From: an uncultured Lachnospiraceae bacterium
GTDB lineage: Bacteria; Bacillota; Clostridia; Lachnospirales; Lachnospiraceae
Assembly: GCA_900553305.1 (NCBI GenBank)
Contig: USDI01000001.1
Coordinates: 1 to 43,707 of the forward strand
Length of the DNA stretch: 43,707 bases
Direction of reading: 5' to 3'
Of the stretch, positions 27,559-37,981 are shown one piece after another (position 1 is the stretch's first letter; each line of letters begins with the position of its first letter). The notes under the pieces are model-generated. The model was not told the DNA's origin and did no database searches. It was given only the letters and a program-made list of their open reading frames with translations. The translations under genes and the position numbers were made by a program.

Positions 27559-28551
27559 CTATCTTACCCAAAGTAAATATACAATTTCCATCACCCCTAT
27601 GCACGAAAGCTCACAAATCCATGCAGTGAGATACATGAGGTGATTGATCCGTTTGATATCCTCGAATTCTACCTTCCGCACCGCATCTCCGATATAGGGC
27701 TTTTTCACTATTTCACCAAAATAACTGGCATCTCCGGCAAGCCGGATTCCAAGTGCTCCCGCGCAGGCCGATTCCGTCTGTGCCGAATTCGGACTTGCAT
27801 GATTTCTCCGGTCTCTCCGGTGAATCTGAAACGCCCTTTTTCCATCGTATGCACTTCCACCGACAAAAGCGGAAAGAATCATCAGATAAGCACTGATTCT
27901 GGCCGGAATATAGTTCACCACATCATCCAGCTTCGCTGCTGCCCTTCCAAAATAGAGATAACGGTCATTCTTATAGCCAACCATGGAATCCATCGTATTC
28001 ACGGCCTTATAAAAGAAGCCCAGCACCGGGCCGCCCAGTGCCAGATACAGCATCGGTGCAATCACACCATCCGAGGTGTTCTCCGCTACGGTTTCAATTG
28101 CCGCCTTAGCAACTCCTGTCTCATCGAGTACATCCGTATCTCTTCCGACAATCATGGATACCGCCTTTCTCGCTGCCGGAAGATCTCCCCTCTTTAAGCA
28201 GGCATAGACCTTCATGCTCTCAACCTTCAGGCATTTCGTTGCCAGAATCTGATAGGTCATGATGGTTTCCAGCACCAGGCCTATGTAAGGATGTAAGGCA
28301 TAACCGCCAAATAAAAGAACTGCAGCCACCACGGTTACACTAAGAAGCACCAGTACAACCAGCACGATTCCTCTATGGAATTCTCTATGGTCATTTCTTT
28401 CGCTTTCTTCCGGATTCCCCAGCAATTTCCGATCAAGTGCCGCGATCAGATTGCCGATCAGCCGGATCGGGTGCGGCAGCCAGTAAGGATCTCCCAGTAG
28501 AAGATCCAAGAGGAATCCCAGAAAAAAAGCTGTCATGTGATATTTCAGCAT
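27559..28551 (-). CDS. cbiB: Adenosylcobinamide-phosphate synthase
   Basis: LGDP...PHP, IVGRDT, ETVAENTSDG, NTMDSMVGY and HASPNS. Confidence 0.96.
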   Translation of the reverse strand: MLKYHMTAFFLGFLLDLLLGDPYWLPHPIRLIGNLIAALDRKLLGNPEESERNDHREFHRGIVLVVLVLLSVTVVAAVLLFGGYALHPYIGLVLETIMTYQILATKCLKVESMKVYACLKRGDLPAARKAVSMIVGRDTDVLDETGVAKAAIETVAENTSDGVIAPMLYLALGGPVLGFFYKAVNTMDSMVGYKNDRYLYFGRAAAKLDDVVNYIPARISAYLMILSAFVGGSAYDGKRAFQIHRRDRRNHASPNSAQTESACAGALGIRLAGDASYFGEIVKKPYIGDAVRKVEFEDIKRINHLMYLTAWICELSCIGVMEIVYLLWVR

Positions 28552-28625
28552 CGTATTCTCCCCATATGATATATTCGATCATACATAACTGTTCCGTACC
28601 TTCACAGTTACAATACGAAAAAATA

Positions 28626-29285
28626 CTAACATTCTTCATATTTAATCAGTTTACATAACTCATTTATCTGAATCTCCCCGGATGGCTGCCCGACGGTTAC
28701 TTTGCAACGATAACCTTCTCCGTTTCCAATCTGGAAGTCAAAGTACTCACCGTCCGTAAAGCTGCTGCACACTGCCATAATCGTTCCCCCATGAACCACG
28801 GCAGCAATATTTTTTCGCTCTTCATTTCTACTGATACCCTCGGCAGTTACAATCCGGAGCATTTCTTCAAATCCTCTCCTGCACCGCGCAATGAAATCCT
28901 CCCGGCTTTCTCCTTTGGGAAACGGGAGTGTTCCGTTGCTGTCAATCCAGGCCTGATACTGGGCATTTCCCCGTAAGTCCTGATAATTCTTTCCTTCAAA
29001 GAGTCCAAAATCCATCTCCCGGAATTCCGGAATCATGTGCTGCTCACAGTCCCCAAACAAAAGCTCTGCTGTTTCCCGGCACCGTTCCATGGGACTGACA
29101 AATAAAGCTTGTAAGGATGCCGGATCAGGATAGATGCCTTTCTTTTGAAAAGCCTTTAACGCCTCCCGTCCTTCTTCACTTAACGGCTCTTCCGTCCTTC
29201 CCAGATACCGGTGCTCACGATTGGCTTTCGTTGCTCCGTGCCGGATCAGGTAAAGTTCTATTTGATTCTCTGACCGATTCCGCAT
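28626..29285 (-). CDS. cobC: Histidine phosphatase, alpha-ribazole phosphatase-like
   Basis: LIRHGAT, SPMERCRET, EMDFG and VVHGG; cob operon context. Confidence 0.82.
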   Translation of the reverse strand: MRNRSENQIELYLIRHGATKANREHRYLGRTEEPLSEEGREALKAFQKKGIYPDPASLQALFVSPMERCRETAELLFGDCEQHMIPEFREMDFGLFEGKNYQDLRGNAQYQAWIDSNGTLPFPKGESREDFIARCRRGFEEMLRIVTAEGISRNEERKNIAAVVHGGTIMAVCSSFTDGEYFDFQIGNGEGYRCKVTVGQPSGEIQINELCKLIKYEEC

Positions 29286-29677
29286 AATACACGCACCACC
29301 TCATCTGCCTTTTGTGCAAGCCGGATCAGAATTCTTCCGGTCTGCTCCCGGTAGAATCTTTCAAACGCATCCACCGGAACGATTCCGTTTCCGATTTCAT
29401 CACAAATCAGGATAACTTCCGGATGCTTCTCCACAAACTCCATCACATCCACTTCCAGTTCCTCCGGGGTTCTGTTTTCTGCCAATTCCCGCTTCACAAC
29501 ATGATGGAAGTGATTGATAATCAGCGTCTTTTCTTCACTGCCTGCTTCTTTCCGTGCTTCCTGTATCTGCCCCTCTTCCGGAAGTACACCGTCAAAGATG
29601 ATGCACTGCTCGTTTTCTTCCTTTTGCAGGACATAATGTAATTTTCCCTGTGCTAAACCACCTATGATTAATTTCAT
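29258..29677 (-). CDS. Short CobU-like paralogue
   Basis: IIGGLAQGK P-loop variant, DEIGNGIVP and LAQKADEVVRV; 139 aa. Confidence 0.82.
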   Translation of the reverse strand: MKLIIGGLAQGKLHYVLQKEENEQCIIFDGVLPEEGQIQEARKEAGSEEKTLIINHFHHVVKRELAENRTPEELEVDVMEFVEKHPEVILICDEIGNGIVPVDAFERFYREQTGRILIRLAQKADEVVRVLCGIGQRIK

Positions 29678-29686
29678 GATTTCCTC

Positions 29687-30451
29687 TTATACCAGCTTGC
29701 TCACTACTGCCACTACAATCATCACCACTTCTTCACATAGCAATACAAACCATCCTGCGGTATCGCCGGTAATTCCACCAAGTTCCTTCTTCGTCCGGTA
29801 ATGGTAGTATGCGAATGTCAAAAGGGCTGCAAGTACCGCCGCTCCTCCCAGCAAAAGCGACTGCCACAGCATGAATGTCATACACAGGATTCCCTGTACA
29901 TAAAGGGATGCTTTCACGATCCGCTTCTGTGCCTTGCTTGCAAACAGATAAAGCAGGCCATCACTTTTTGCGGAACGGAAGGTAACCACTGCAATGCCGC
30001 TCAATACCCTCGACAGCACAAATCCGGCACACACAATCCAAAGTCCGCTTTCCTTTTTGATCTCCGAAAACGCGCCCAGATAAATCAGTCCGTAAAGTGC
30101 CAGCATAATCACCGAAAATGCGCCAATATGGGAATCCTTCAGTATTTCCAGTTTCTTTTCCTTCGGCTGGTACGAATGAAATGCGTCCATCGTATCCATA
30201 AAGCCGTCCACATGAAAGCCGCCTGTGATGAGTAGTGGAATGGCTGCCCCTCCCATCGTGTAGCAAAGTGTTCCAAGTCCGGCTTGTTTACATAACATAG
30301 ACCAAAGAACAATTCCAAACCCGATCACCGCCCCGATCCATGGAAAAAAGCATAACATATATTTCATGTCTTCCTCTTTCCACTCAAACTGCGGCATCGG
30401 AATCCCCGAATACATGGAAAAAGAAATGACAAGTGCTTTCAACAGTTTCAT
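29687..30451 (-). CDS. cobS: Adenosylcobinamide-GDP ribazoletransferase (cobalamin synthase)
   Basis: TGGFHVDGFMDT.D, ILKDSHIGAF and LGGITGD; polytopic membrane protein. Confidence 0.95.
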   Translation of the reverse strand: MKLLKALVISFSMYSGIPMPQFEWKEEDMKYMLCFFPWIGAVIGFGIVLWSMLCKQAGLGTLCYTMGGAAIPLLITGGFHVDGFMDTMDAFHSYQPKEKKLEILKDSHIGAFSVIMLALYGLIYLGAFSEIKKESGLWIVCAGFVLSRVLSGIAVVTFRSAKSDGLLYLFASKAQKRIVKASLYVQGILCMTFMLWQSLLLGGAAVLAALLTFAYYHYRTKKELGGITGDTAGWFVLLCEEVVMIVVAVVSKLV

Positions 30452-30999
30452 AATAACGTTCCTTTCCAGACAACCGGAATACCGGCCACAACTTCAATCA
30501 CGGTATCGGCCATGGCTGCCAGTCTTTCATTGACCTGCCCCATCGCCTCGATATATTCCGCGGTCGTTTCTTCATAGGAAATGCCATCCTCAAATACATT
30601 GTTCGTCACAATGACAAGGTGGGCAAGCTGGCGGTCCAGTGCTTCTATTCCATCAAGAATCTGTGCGGTCACCTCATCCCTTAACCGGATTTCGTTTTCT
30701 GCAAACATTTCATTCGCAACCAGATTGGACATACATTCCAAAAGTGCTATATCCCCTGTCAACGGCGCGGAAATTTTCCGGGCTGCTTTCGCAAGATCCC
30801 TTGGCTGTTCGATCGTGGTAAAGCCTTTCCCGGCACGGAGCCTTTGATGACGTCTGATTTTGGCAAGGCTTTCTTCCCCAAACGGCTGCATGGTCGCAAT
30901 ATAATATTTTGTTTCTGTCTGCGTGGATAAGCGCATCAGATATTCTTCCGCAAAAGCGGACTTTCCGCTTCCGCTGCCACCTGTGACTAGAACTACCAT
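30448..30999 (-). CDS. cobU: Adenosylcobinamide kinase / phosphate guanylyltransferase
   Basis: VTGGSGSGKSAFAE, YIATM and IRRHQRLR; start moved to ATG 30999. Confidence 0.9.
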   Translation of the reverse strand: MVVLVTGGSGSGKSAFAEEYLMRLSTQTETKYYIATMQPFGEESLAKIRRHQRLRAGKGFTTIEQPRDLAKAARKISAPLTGDIALLECMSNLVANEMFAENEIRLRDEVTAQILDGIEALDRQLAHLVIVTNNVFEDGISYEETTAEYIEAMGQVNERLAAMADTVIEVVAGIPVVWKGTLL

Positions 31000-31003
31000 A
31001 GTT

Positions 31004-32098
31004 TTATGTAAACCTTTCATATGCTGCAATCTGCATCCCGGAAAAGGTGGTTCCTGCCTCATATAGCTGCAATGCCACATCCAGAAGTGCAAAGAACATA
31101 ACCGCTCCCGTTCCTTCTCCAAGTGCCATTTTCCCATCGATCACCGGCTCCATCTGCAGTTCCCTCATCAGTAACTCTACCGCCGGTTCCTTTCCCTTGT
31201 GTGAGGGAAGCAGATACTCCTTTGTTCCCGGAAAAAGGCGTTCTGCAACGAGAGCTGCCACCATACTGATCACGCCGTCCAGGACGATGGGCAGATGAAA
31301 GAGCGCACCTCCCACACACATTCCAACCAATCCTGCAATATCAAAGCCACCGACCGTTCTTAATACCGTGAACGGATCTGCCTCATACAAATCATAGCTC
31401 CGGATTGCTTCCGTAATCAACTGCTGTTTCCGCAAAAGTCCTTCCTCACTTAAACCGGCTCCCTTTCCGGTAACAAGTATGGGATCACACCGTAACAATG
31501 CGGCTGCCACGGCACTACTTGTTGTCGTGTTTCCGATTCCCATTTCCCCGGTTGCCAGAAGTGTATAGCCTTCCTTCTTACATTCCTGTACCAGCTTTAT
31601 GCCTGTTGCAATGGCTTTCACGGTTTCTTCTTCCGTCATGGCAGGATCCTTCCGGAAGTTCCGCGTCCCACACCGGATTTTCTCATTCCGTACGCCCAGA
31701 ATGGAACCCTTATGGTTCATTCCGATATCCACCGGAATCGTCACGGCTCCGGCTTTTTTGCTCATTTTCCCGACCGAGGATTCATTTTTTCCCATGGCCT
31801 GCACGACTGCCGTCGTGACTTCCTGTCCGCTCTGGCTGACTCCTTCTTCCACAATCCCGTTATCGGCGCAGAAGATCAGTACCGCTTTTTTCGAAAGATC
31901 AAGTACCTCCGTTCCAAGAACCGCTCCGATCTGTGCGGTAAGTGTTTCAAACCATCCCATACCGTCTAGCGGCTTGGCAACCTGATCCCAGTTCTGCTGC
32001 ACCTTCTTACGCATCTGTTCCTTTGGTGCTTCTATTTTAATCTGCTTTAGTTCCTCCCTGGTATACTCCTTAAATACCGGCATCCCGAAGCATTCCAT
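31004..32098 (-). CDS. cobT: Nicotinate-nucleotide-dimethylbenzimidazole phosphoribosyltransferase
   Basis: [31 protein letters not shown] and LGEGTGA. Confidence 0.95.
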   Translation of the reverse strand: MECFGMPVFKEYTREELKQIKIEAPKEQMRKKVQQNWDQVAKPLDGMGWFETLTAQIGAVLGTEVLDLSKKAVLIFCADNGIVEEGVSQSGQEVTTAVVQAMGKNESSVGKMSKKAGAVTIPVDIGMNHKGSILGVRNEKIRCGTRNFRKDPAMTEEETVKAIATGIKLVQECKKEGYTLLATGEMGIGNTTTSSAVAAALLRCDPILVTGKGAGLSEEGLLRKQQLITEAIRSYDLYEADPFTVLRTVGGFDIAGLVGMCVGGALFHLPIVLDGVISMVAALVAERLFPGTKEYLLPSHKGKEPAVELLMRELQMEPVIDGKMALGEGTGAVMFFALLDVALQLYEAGTTFSGMQIAAYERFT

Positions 32099-33560
32099 AA
32101 ATTTCCTCCATATTTAAGTAAAGCCGCAAGGTATCTGCCAGCTTGTCATACTGCTTTTCCTTAAAGCTCTGATAATCCTCCATCTGACCGTCCTGCATGG
32201 AAACACCCTTTTTCCTTGCAAGAGCCTGTACAACCTCTCCTGCAATCTGTGCCTGATCAAACAGTCCATGCACATAGGAACCATAAACATTGGGATTGAC
32301 TCCTGTCCGGATCACCGGCTGATTTTCTGACGAAGCCTCGCCTGTCTCTCCTTTTGACAACGTCTTTCCCATATGAATCTCATAGCCCCGGAAAGCCTTT
32401 CCGGACATTCCCGCTAACGGTCCTGTGATCTGTCCCAGCTTTCCTTCTGTCTGGCAGCGCCGTTTTTCCTTCTGTAAGACGGTCGTTACCGGTAGAAGCT
32501 CCATTCCGCGGATAGAACCGCCCTCTTCCACGCCATCAGGATCCTCTATGGTTTCTCCTAACATCTGATAGCCTCCGCAGATTCCGAATACCGGAATATC
32601 CCCTGCCAGCTTTTTCACCGCAGCTTCCAGACCGTTCTGCCGCATCCATTTGAGGTCCCCCATCGTATTTTTGCTGCCCGGAAGAAAAATAAGATCCGGA
32701 TGATGCAGCTCACTGATCGAGGTCACGTAACGCACCGTCACCTCCGGAAACTGTTCAAAAACATTAAAATCCGTAAAGTTGGATATTCTCGGATAATGAA
32801 TGACCGCAATGTCAATCAGCCCTTCTTTTTTCCGGTCAAAACGCTCAGTAAGGCTGTCCTCATCCTCAAGCGCAAGCTCCATATAAGGAACCACTCCCGT
32901 AACCGGAACGCCTCCCTTTTCTTCGAGCATCGTAATTCCCGGGTCGAGAATCGACTTATCTCCCCGGAATTTATTAATAATAAGGCCCTTCACCCGGTCC
33001 TTTTCCTCTTCCGTTAAAAGCATTAACGTTCCCAGGAGCTGTGCAAACACCCCGCCACGGTCAATGTCCCCGACTAAAAGCACCGGCGCATCCACCATCT
33101 GTGCAAGTCCCATATTCACAATGTCGTTTTCTTTCAAATTGATTTCTGCCGGGCTTCCTGCCCCTTCGATCACAATAATGTCGGCATATTCCTCCAGCTT
33201 CCGGAACGCTTTCCGGATGTCCGGAACCAACTGCTTTTTGCAGGCAAAATAATCCCGTGCGCTCATGTTGCCGATCACTTCTCCATTGACTATGACCTGC
33301 GAGCCGGTATGATTCGTGGGTTTCAGCAGAATCGGATTCATGCACACCATCGGATCGATTCCTGCCGCCTCTGCCTGCATGACCTGTGCCCTTCCCATTT
33401 CCAGCCCTTCCTTCGTGATAAAGGAATTGAGTGCCATATTCTGTGATTTAAAAGGAGCCACACGCCATCCGTCCTGCTTAAAAATCCGGCATAGTCCAGC
33501 CACCAGAAAGCTCTTGCCTGCATTCGACATGGTTCCCTGTACCATAATTACTTTTGCCAT
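32070..33560 (-). CDS. cbiP: Cobyric acid synthase
   Basis: [40 protein letters not shown] and [10 protein letters not shown]. Confidence 0.97.
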   Translation of the reverse strand: MAKVIMVQGTMSNAGKSFLVAGLCRIFKQDGWRVAPFKSQNMALNSFITKEGLEMGRAQVMQAEAAGIDPMVCMNPILLKPTNHTGSQVIVNGEVIGNMSARDYFACKKQLVPDIRKAFRKLEEYADIIVIEGAGSPAEINLKENDIVNMGLAQMVDAPVLLVGDIDRGGVFAQLLGTLMLLTEEEKDRVKGLIINKFRGDKSILDPGITMLEEKGGVPVTGVVPYMELALEDEDSLTERFDRKKEGLIDIAVIHYPRISNFTDFNVFEQFPEVTVRYVTSISELHHPDLIFLPGSKNTMGDLKWMRQNGLEAAVKKLAGDIPVFGICGGYQMLGETIEDPDGVEEGGSIRGMELLPVTTVLQKEKRRCQTEGKLGQITGPLAGMSGKAFRGYEIHMGKTLSKGETGEASSENQPVIRTGVNPNVYGSYVHGLFDQAQIAGEVVQALARKKGVSMQDGQMEDYQSFKEKQYDKLADTLRLYLNMEEIYGMLRDAGI

Positions 33561-33669
33561 CTCTTTACCCTCATGACTCTTTTTCCTAAAGTCTGTCTTC
33601 CTTTTCTATCTCCTTACTGTCCCATTTCATCCCAGTATCACTCTTCTACGTCATTACGCTTCTCCGATA

Positions 33670-34785
33670 TCATTCTTCCCTGATATCCTGAAACTCAACC
33701 TCGATCCCATTCTCCTGCGCCCAGTTCAACAGTTCTTCGTTCTCCTTCTCGAAGCTCCCGAAGCTTTTCCGGCAGCAGATCAGCTTCTTGCAGTTCCTCA
33801 GAATGTCTTTCGCTTCCTGTAAGGTTTCTTTGGAAACCGGCTCAAAAGCTTCCGTTGCAATCACCTTTCCGGCAAGCGCCTTTGCTGTCGGATAATCGAG
33901 GTCATTCCGGAACAGGATTCCGGTTGCAAATGGCGTTCCTTCCCGTTGCAGTTTCCGGTAAACAGCCCTGCCTCTGCCGCCTCCTGCCATCACGAAAACC
34001 TCCGGATCTCCCTGTGGTAAAGGAAGCTCTACATTTCCGGTTGTTTCCTCGTAGCTTCCCGCTGTAATATCGAACAGCTTCGCAATATATCCTTTCGTCA
34101 GCACCTCTGCCGGGGTTCCCATCCGGTCTACCCGGTGATCCCGGATGCATAAAATCTGATCAGAAATAATCTCTGCCAGTTCAATCTCATGCAGCGACAT
34201 GATCACCGTCAGCTTTTTCTTTCGTTTCATTTCCTGTAACACGGATAAAAATTCCAGCTTATACTTCACATCCAGATACGATGTCGGCTCATCCAGTATC
34301 AGAATCTCCGGTTCCTGGCAGATTGCACGCGCCAGCATCACCCGCTGTCTTTGTCCATCACTAATCCTAATAAAATCCTGTTCTTTAAGATCCTCTACGT
34401 GAACCAGCTTCATAGCTTCCGCTACGGTCTCCCGGTCCTTTTCCGAAAGAATGCCGAACCGCCCGGTATAAGGATATCTTCCGGTTGCCACCACATCCTC
34501 ACAGGTCATCATTTCCGTACGCAGACGTTCCGTCAGCAGCACGACCATCGTCTGTGCCCTTTGGGATAACGACATCTCTTCCATGTGACTGCTTCCTAAC
34601 AGGATCGTTCCCCCAAGCAGCGCCAGTTGTCCTGCAATACTTTTGAGGATGGTCGATTTGCCGGAACCGTTCGGGCCGATCAGTGTCAGGATTTCGCCCT
34701 TCGAAAGTCCGATTTCGATCTGTTCCATCAGGGGCTTTCCGTTATAGCCCACTGCCATTTTTATTGTGCGAAAATAATCCTTCAT
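33670..34785 (-). CDS. ABC transporter ATP-binding protein (BtuD/FecE-like) with C-terminal extension
   Basis: GPNGSGKST, ISDGQRQ signature and ILDEPT; ATGA overlap with the permease. Confidence 0.92.
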   Translation of the reverse strand: MKDYFRTIKMAVGYNGKPLMEQIEIGLSKGEILTLIGPNGSGKSTILKSIAGQLALLGGTILLGSSHMEEMSLSQRAQTMVVLLTERLRTEMMTCEDVVATGRYPYTGRFGILSEKDRETVAEAMKLVHVEDLKEQDFIRISDGQRQRVMLARAICQEPEILILDEPTSYLDVKYKLEFLSVLQEMKRKKKLTVIMSLHEIELAEIISDQILCIRDHRVDRMGTPAEVLTKGYIAKLFDITAGSYEETTGNVELPLPQGDPEVFVMAGGGRGRAVYRKLQREGTPFATGILFRNDLDYPTAKALAGKVIATEAFEPVSKETLQEAKDILRNCKKLICCRKSFGSFEKENEELLNWAQENGIEVEFQDIREE

Positions 34786-35801
34786 GCGTCCATCTTCTCC
34801 TTGTTCCTGCGAACCATCACCCATAAGACAACGGGCACCCCGAAGATCGCCGTTACGGTGCTGATACTCAATTCGGTCGGTGCCAGAACCATCCGCGCAA
34901 GGAGATCACAGAACAGACAGAACACCCCGCCTCCAAGAAAACAGGCCGGAATCATCAGAATCGGCTTTGTCGTTCCAAGAAGCTGCTTTACAAGGTGCGG
35001 TACCGCGATTCCCACGAAAGAGATCGGTCCTGCAAACGCCACAATACAGGCCGAAAGGACACTGGATAAAACCACCAGTGCAATCCTTAAAAGCCGTACA
35101 TTCACTCCCATGTTCTGCGCATAGCCCTCTCCCATCTGATAGGCACTTAAGGGTTTTGCCAGCAAAAAAATGCAGATGCAGGTAAGGAAAACCACCACCA
35201 ACATCACACGTACCTGATTCCAGTTCATTCCGGAAAAGCTTCCCCTCGACCAGTTATGCAGATTCACAATCTCCGCATCCTCTGCGAAGGTCACGACAAA
35301 TTCGGTAATGGCCGAACAGATATAACCAATCATCACGCCGCTTACCACCAGCATCGACATCTGGTTTACCCGGCGTGCCATCAACAGCACAAAGCCCATA
35401 CAGATCATGGCACCAAGAAACGCTGCCAGAATCATCGTAAAGGAAGTTACCTTTATGGAGCGTCCCATTAGGAATACCATAAAAAGAGCCACCATCATTT
35501 TCGCTCCGGATGAGATTCCGAGTACAAAAGGCCCGGCAATCGGATTATGAAAAAAGGTCTGTAATAAATATCCGGCAAGGGCAAGCGCCCCGCCAAGGAT
35601 TAACGCGGCCAGCGTCCGCGGCATCCGGATATCCCACAGAATTCTTGCGTTCAGTACCTCCTGCCCCCGGATGGAAGACAAAATATCCTTAAGTGGAATG
35701 GACACCGTTCCGATGCAGACATTCAGAATCAGGAACAGAATAATCCCTGCTACCAGTAAAAGGAATGCTGTTATCACTCTTAATGTTCGGTTGTGCTGCA
35801 T
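34782..35801 (-). CDS. ABC transporter permease (BtuC/FecCD family)
   Basis: IRMPR, FHNPIAGPFVLGISSGA and GPISFVGIAVPH. Confidence 0.93.
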   Translation of the reverse strand: MQHNRTLRVITAFLLLVAGIILFLILNVCIGTVSIPLKDILSSIRGQEVLNARILWDIRMPRTLAALILGGALALAGYLLQTFFHNPIAGPFVLGISSGAKMMVALFMVFLMGRSIKVTSFTMILAAFLGAMICMGFVLLMARRVNQMSMLVVSGVMIGYICSAITEFVVTFAEDAEIVNLHNWSRGSFSGMNWNQVRVMLVVVFLTCICIFLLAKPLSAYQMGEGYAQNMGVNVRLLRIALVVLSSVLSACIVAFAGPISFVGIAVPHLVKQLLGTTKPILMIPACFLGGGVFCLFCDLLARMVLAPTELSISTVTAIFGVPVVLWVMVRRNKEKMDA

Positions 35802-35813
35802 ATACTTCCTCCC

Positions 35814-37001
35814 CTATTTCAGCCGGAAAAGATACTTCATCTCCGTATCATCTCCCTGAAGGAGCATGGTATGAAAATCCTTCATCAGACCGCCAACAGA
35901 CATCGACTGCTGATAATAGTCATTGGTTGTACAGAACACATTTCCCTCCTGTACTGCCTTAAAGTCCTCTAAAACCGGGCATTTTTCAAGGAGCTGTGCC
36001 ATGGAATCCACGCCACCGTCAATCGTACTGTTATAAATGAGGAAATCCGCATCCTTCGCTCCCTGATAAAACTCCTCGATCTGGATATTCATGGTCGAAC
36101 GTCCGCTTTCTTCCCCCATGTCCTCAAAAATATATCTGCCGCCCGCAAGTTCAATCATTTTCGGGATATAATCGGAGCTTCTCCGGATCTGTACCAGTCC
36201 GTTTGAAGTAATAAAGAAAAATGCCACGGTCTGATCGGTCTTTTCATCCGAGGTCACTTCCTCTAAGATGTCCGTCTGCTCTGTAAAAAGCTGCTCTGCC
36301 TCTTCTTCCTTTCCCACCATGGCACCGAAAAATTTAATCCATTCCACCCTGCCAAGCGGATGGGATTCGTAGCTGGAATACTCAATCATCACCGGAATTC
36401 CGAAGTCATTGAGCATTTCAATTACTTCGGGCGTATGCGTAATCATCCTGTTTTCAATGGCAAGGGAACAGTTTTCCGAGACAATCTTCTCATAGTCCGG
36501 CTTACTGTATTTTCCGGCATACAGAATATCGCCCCGTTCCATCGCTTCCCTGGCTTCCTCTACATACCAGTTTTCTTCCTTCTGTCCGGAAAATCGTACC
36601 GTATCAAGGGCTTGAAGCTTTGCAAACATATCCATTACTGCAGACGACACCAGATACAGATTCCGGATGGGCTGCTGCATGACAATGACCTCTTCCCAGA
36701 GGTTTGCCGGTATTTTTTTCCCCTCCGGCACAACAAGGAGCTGCGTTCCGTCCATCGTCTTCAACATCCGGTACCCACCCTCATAGTAGTCCACGGAAAA
36801 ATTCTCTGCATACTGCAGTTCCATGCTGCCCTCATAAACCAGTTCTCCTGATTCTGCCTCATTCGCGCTTTCCAAAGCGGAAATTTCCTGCGTATCCCCG
36901 ATTGGCGCAGAATCAGAAGAAGGACTGCTACAGCCCAAAAGCCCAAGCAGTCCCAGCAAAAACAAACCGGATACGATTGTTTTCTTTCTTCTTTTTCTCA
37001 T
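35814..37001 (-). CDS. ABC transporter substrate-binding lipoprotein (BtuF/Fe-chelate class)
   Basis: Lipobox LLGC, KPDYEKI, ESHPLGRVEWIKF and FKAVQEGNVF. Confidence 0.88.
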   Translation of the reverse strand: MRKRRKKTIVSGLFLLGLLGLLGCSSPSSDSAPIGDTQEISALESANEAESGELVYEGSMELQYAENFSVDYYEGGYRMLKTMDGTQLLVVPEGKKIPANLWEEVIVMQQPIRNLYLVSSAVMDMFAKLQALDTVRFSGQKEENWYVEEAREAMERGDILYAGKYSKPDYEKIVSENCSLAIENRMITHTPEVIEMLNDFGIPVMIEYSSYESHPLGRVEWIKFFGAMVGKEEEAEQLFTEQTDILEEVTSDEKTDQTVAFFFITSNGLVQIRRSSDYIPKMIELAGGRYIFEDMGEESGRSTMNIQIEEFYQGAKDADFLIYNSTIDGGVDSMAQLLEKCPVLEDFKAVQEGNVFCTTNDYYQQSMSVGGLMKDFHTMLLQGDDTEMKYLFRLK

Positions 37002-37013
37002 AGATCGTTCCTC

Positions 37014-37961
37014 TTAATCGAGCGCCTTGATCGTATCGGAATGGAACGTCAGGGTATACTCGATTTCATGTGGCTTACTCATTGCCACAGTATCTCCGAT
37101 TACCGTCACCGGCTCATCAAAAGTGGCTACTGGAATCTCAAATACGGAATTTCCTTCGGTATTTACCGGAAGAAACTTCTCTCCGTCTACCAGCATATAA
37201 TCATAGTTCGGGCTGCTCCATTCTACGGAAGCTGTCACCTTCTGATTCTCTACGGTAATCGTCACAGGAGAAGCAATGCTTGCGCGTCCGCTTCCACCTT
37301 CAAAGGTCATTTCCACTAAATAGCTTCCATCTGCAAGCTCCGGAATACCGGATTCGTCCGAAACAGCTTCCGCACTCTGTTCCTCTGTGGCTGCTACCGG
37401 ATTCGATACGCAGACCTTATGATCGTACCACTTGCCCTTGGTTCCGATCAGGGCAACATCAAATTCCTCATCCAACACCGGAACCGGAATATCAAATCCA
37501 TACACCTCATCGGTAAGTCCGTCACTGTAGGTTACTTCATCCACTGTCGGCTCTAAGAGCTGCGCACCATCTTTCTGGGCATCCTCTGCAAGTCCCGGAT
37601 AAAGATTTAAGATCTTCTTGGAGGCCAGAGATACATGAATGGTCATCTGCCCGTTCTTTACCGTCAGAACTCCCTTTCCATCACAGGCTTCACTCACATG
37701 AAACATGGAACTGTCCGTAGAAAATTCCGCATCATAAGTTCCATCCGGAAGCGTTGCTTCCGTGGTTTGTGCTGTGTCTTCCTGAACCTCGGCCGCTGCT
37801 TCACTCTCTTCCGGTTCTTCTGTAACTTCTTCTGCTACAGGGGCTGTCTCTTCGACAGCCGCCTCCTGCTGATCCTCTGTCTTTCCGGCACAGGCACTTA
37901 CAAAAGCCATACTGAAAACCAATACGCCGGTCAAAAAGATTGTTTTTATCTTACTCATCAT
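37014..37961 (-). CDS. Lipoprotein with two related beta-rich (NEAT-like) domains
   Basis: Lipobox VSAC and an acidic linker, then two homologous units (LPDGTY...LTVKNGQM...FDIPV and LADGSY...ITVENQKV...FEIPV). The fold is inferred. Confidence 0.7.
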   Translation of the reverse strand: MMSKIKTIFLTGVLVFSMAFVSACAGKTEDQQEAAVEETAPVAEEVTEEPEESEAAAEVQEDTAQTTEATLPDGTYDAEFSTDSSMFHVSEACDGKGVLTVKNGQMTIHVSLASKKILNLYPGLAEDAQKDGAQLLEPTVDEVTYSDGLTDEVYGFDIPVPVLDEEFDVALIGTKGKWYDHKVCVSNPVAATEEQSAEAVSDESGIPELADGSYLVEMTFEGGSGRASIASPVTITVENQKVTASVEWSSPNYDYMLVDGEKFLPVNTEGNSVFEIPVATFDEPVTVIGDTVAMSKPHEIEYTLTFHSDTIKALD

Positions 37962-37981
37962 TTGCCTCTATCACTTGCTCT

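Noticed and set aside
33561..33669. Small ORF or gene remnant between the ABC ATPase and cbiP
   Set aside because: Only a 14-codon purine-rich ORF without recognisable similarity.
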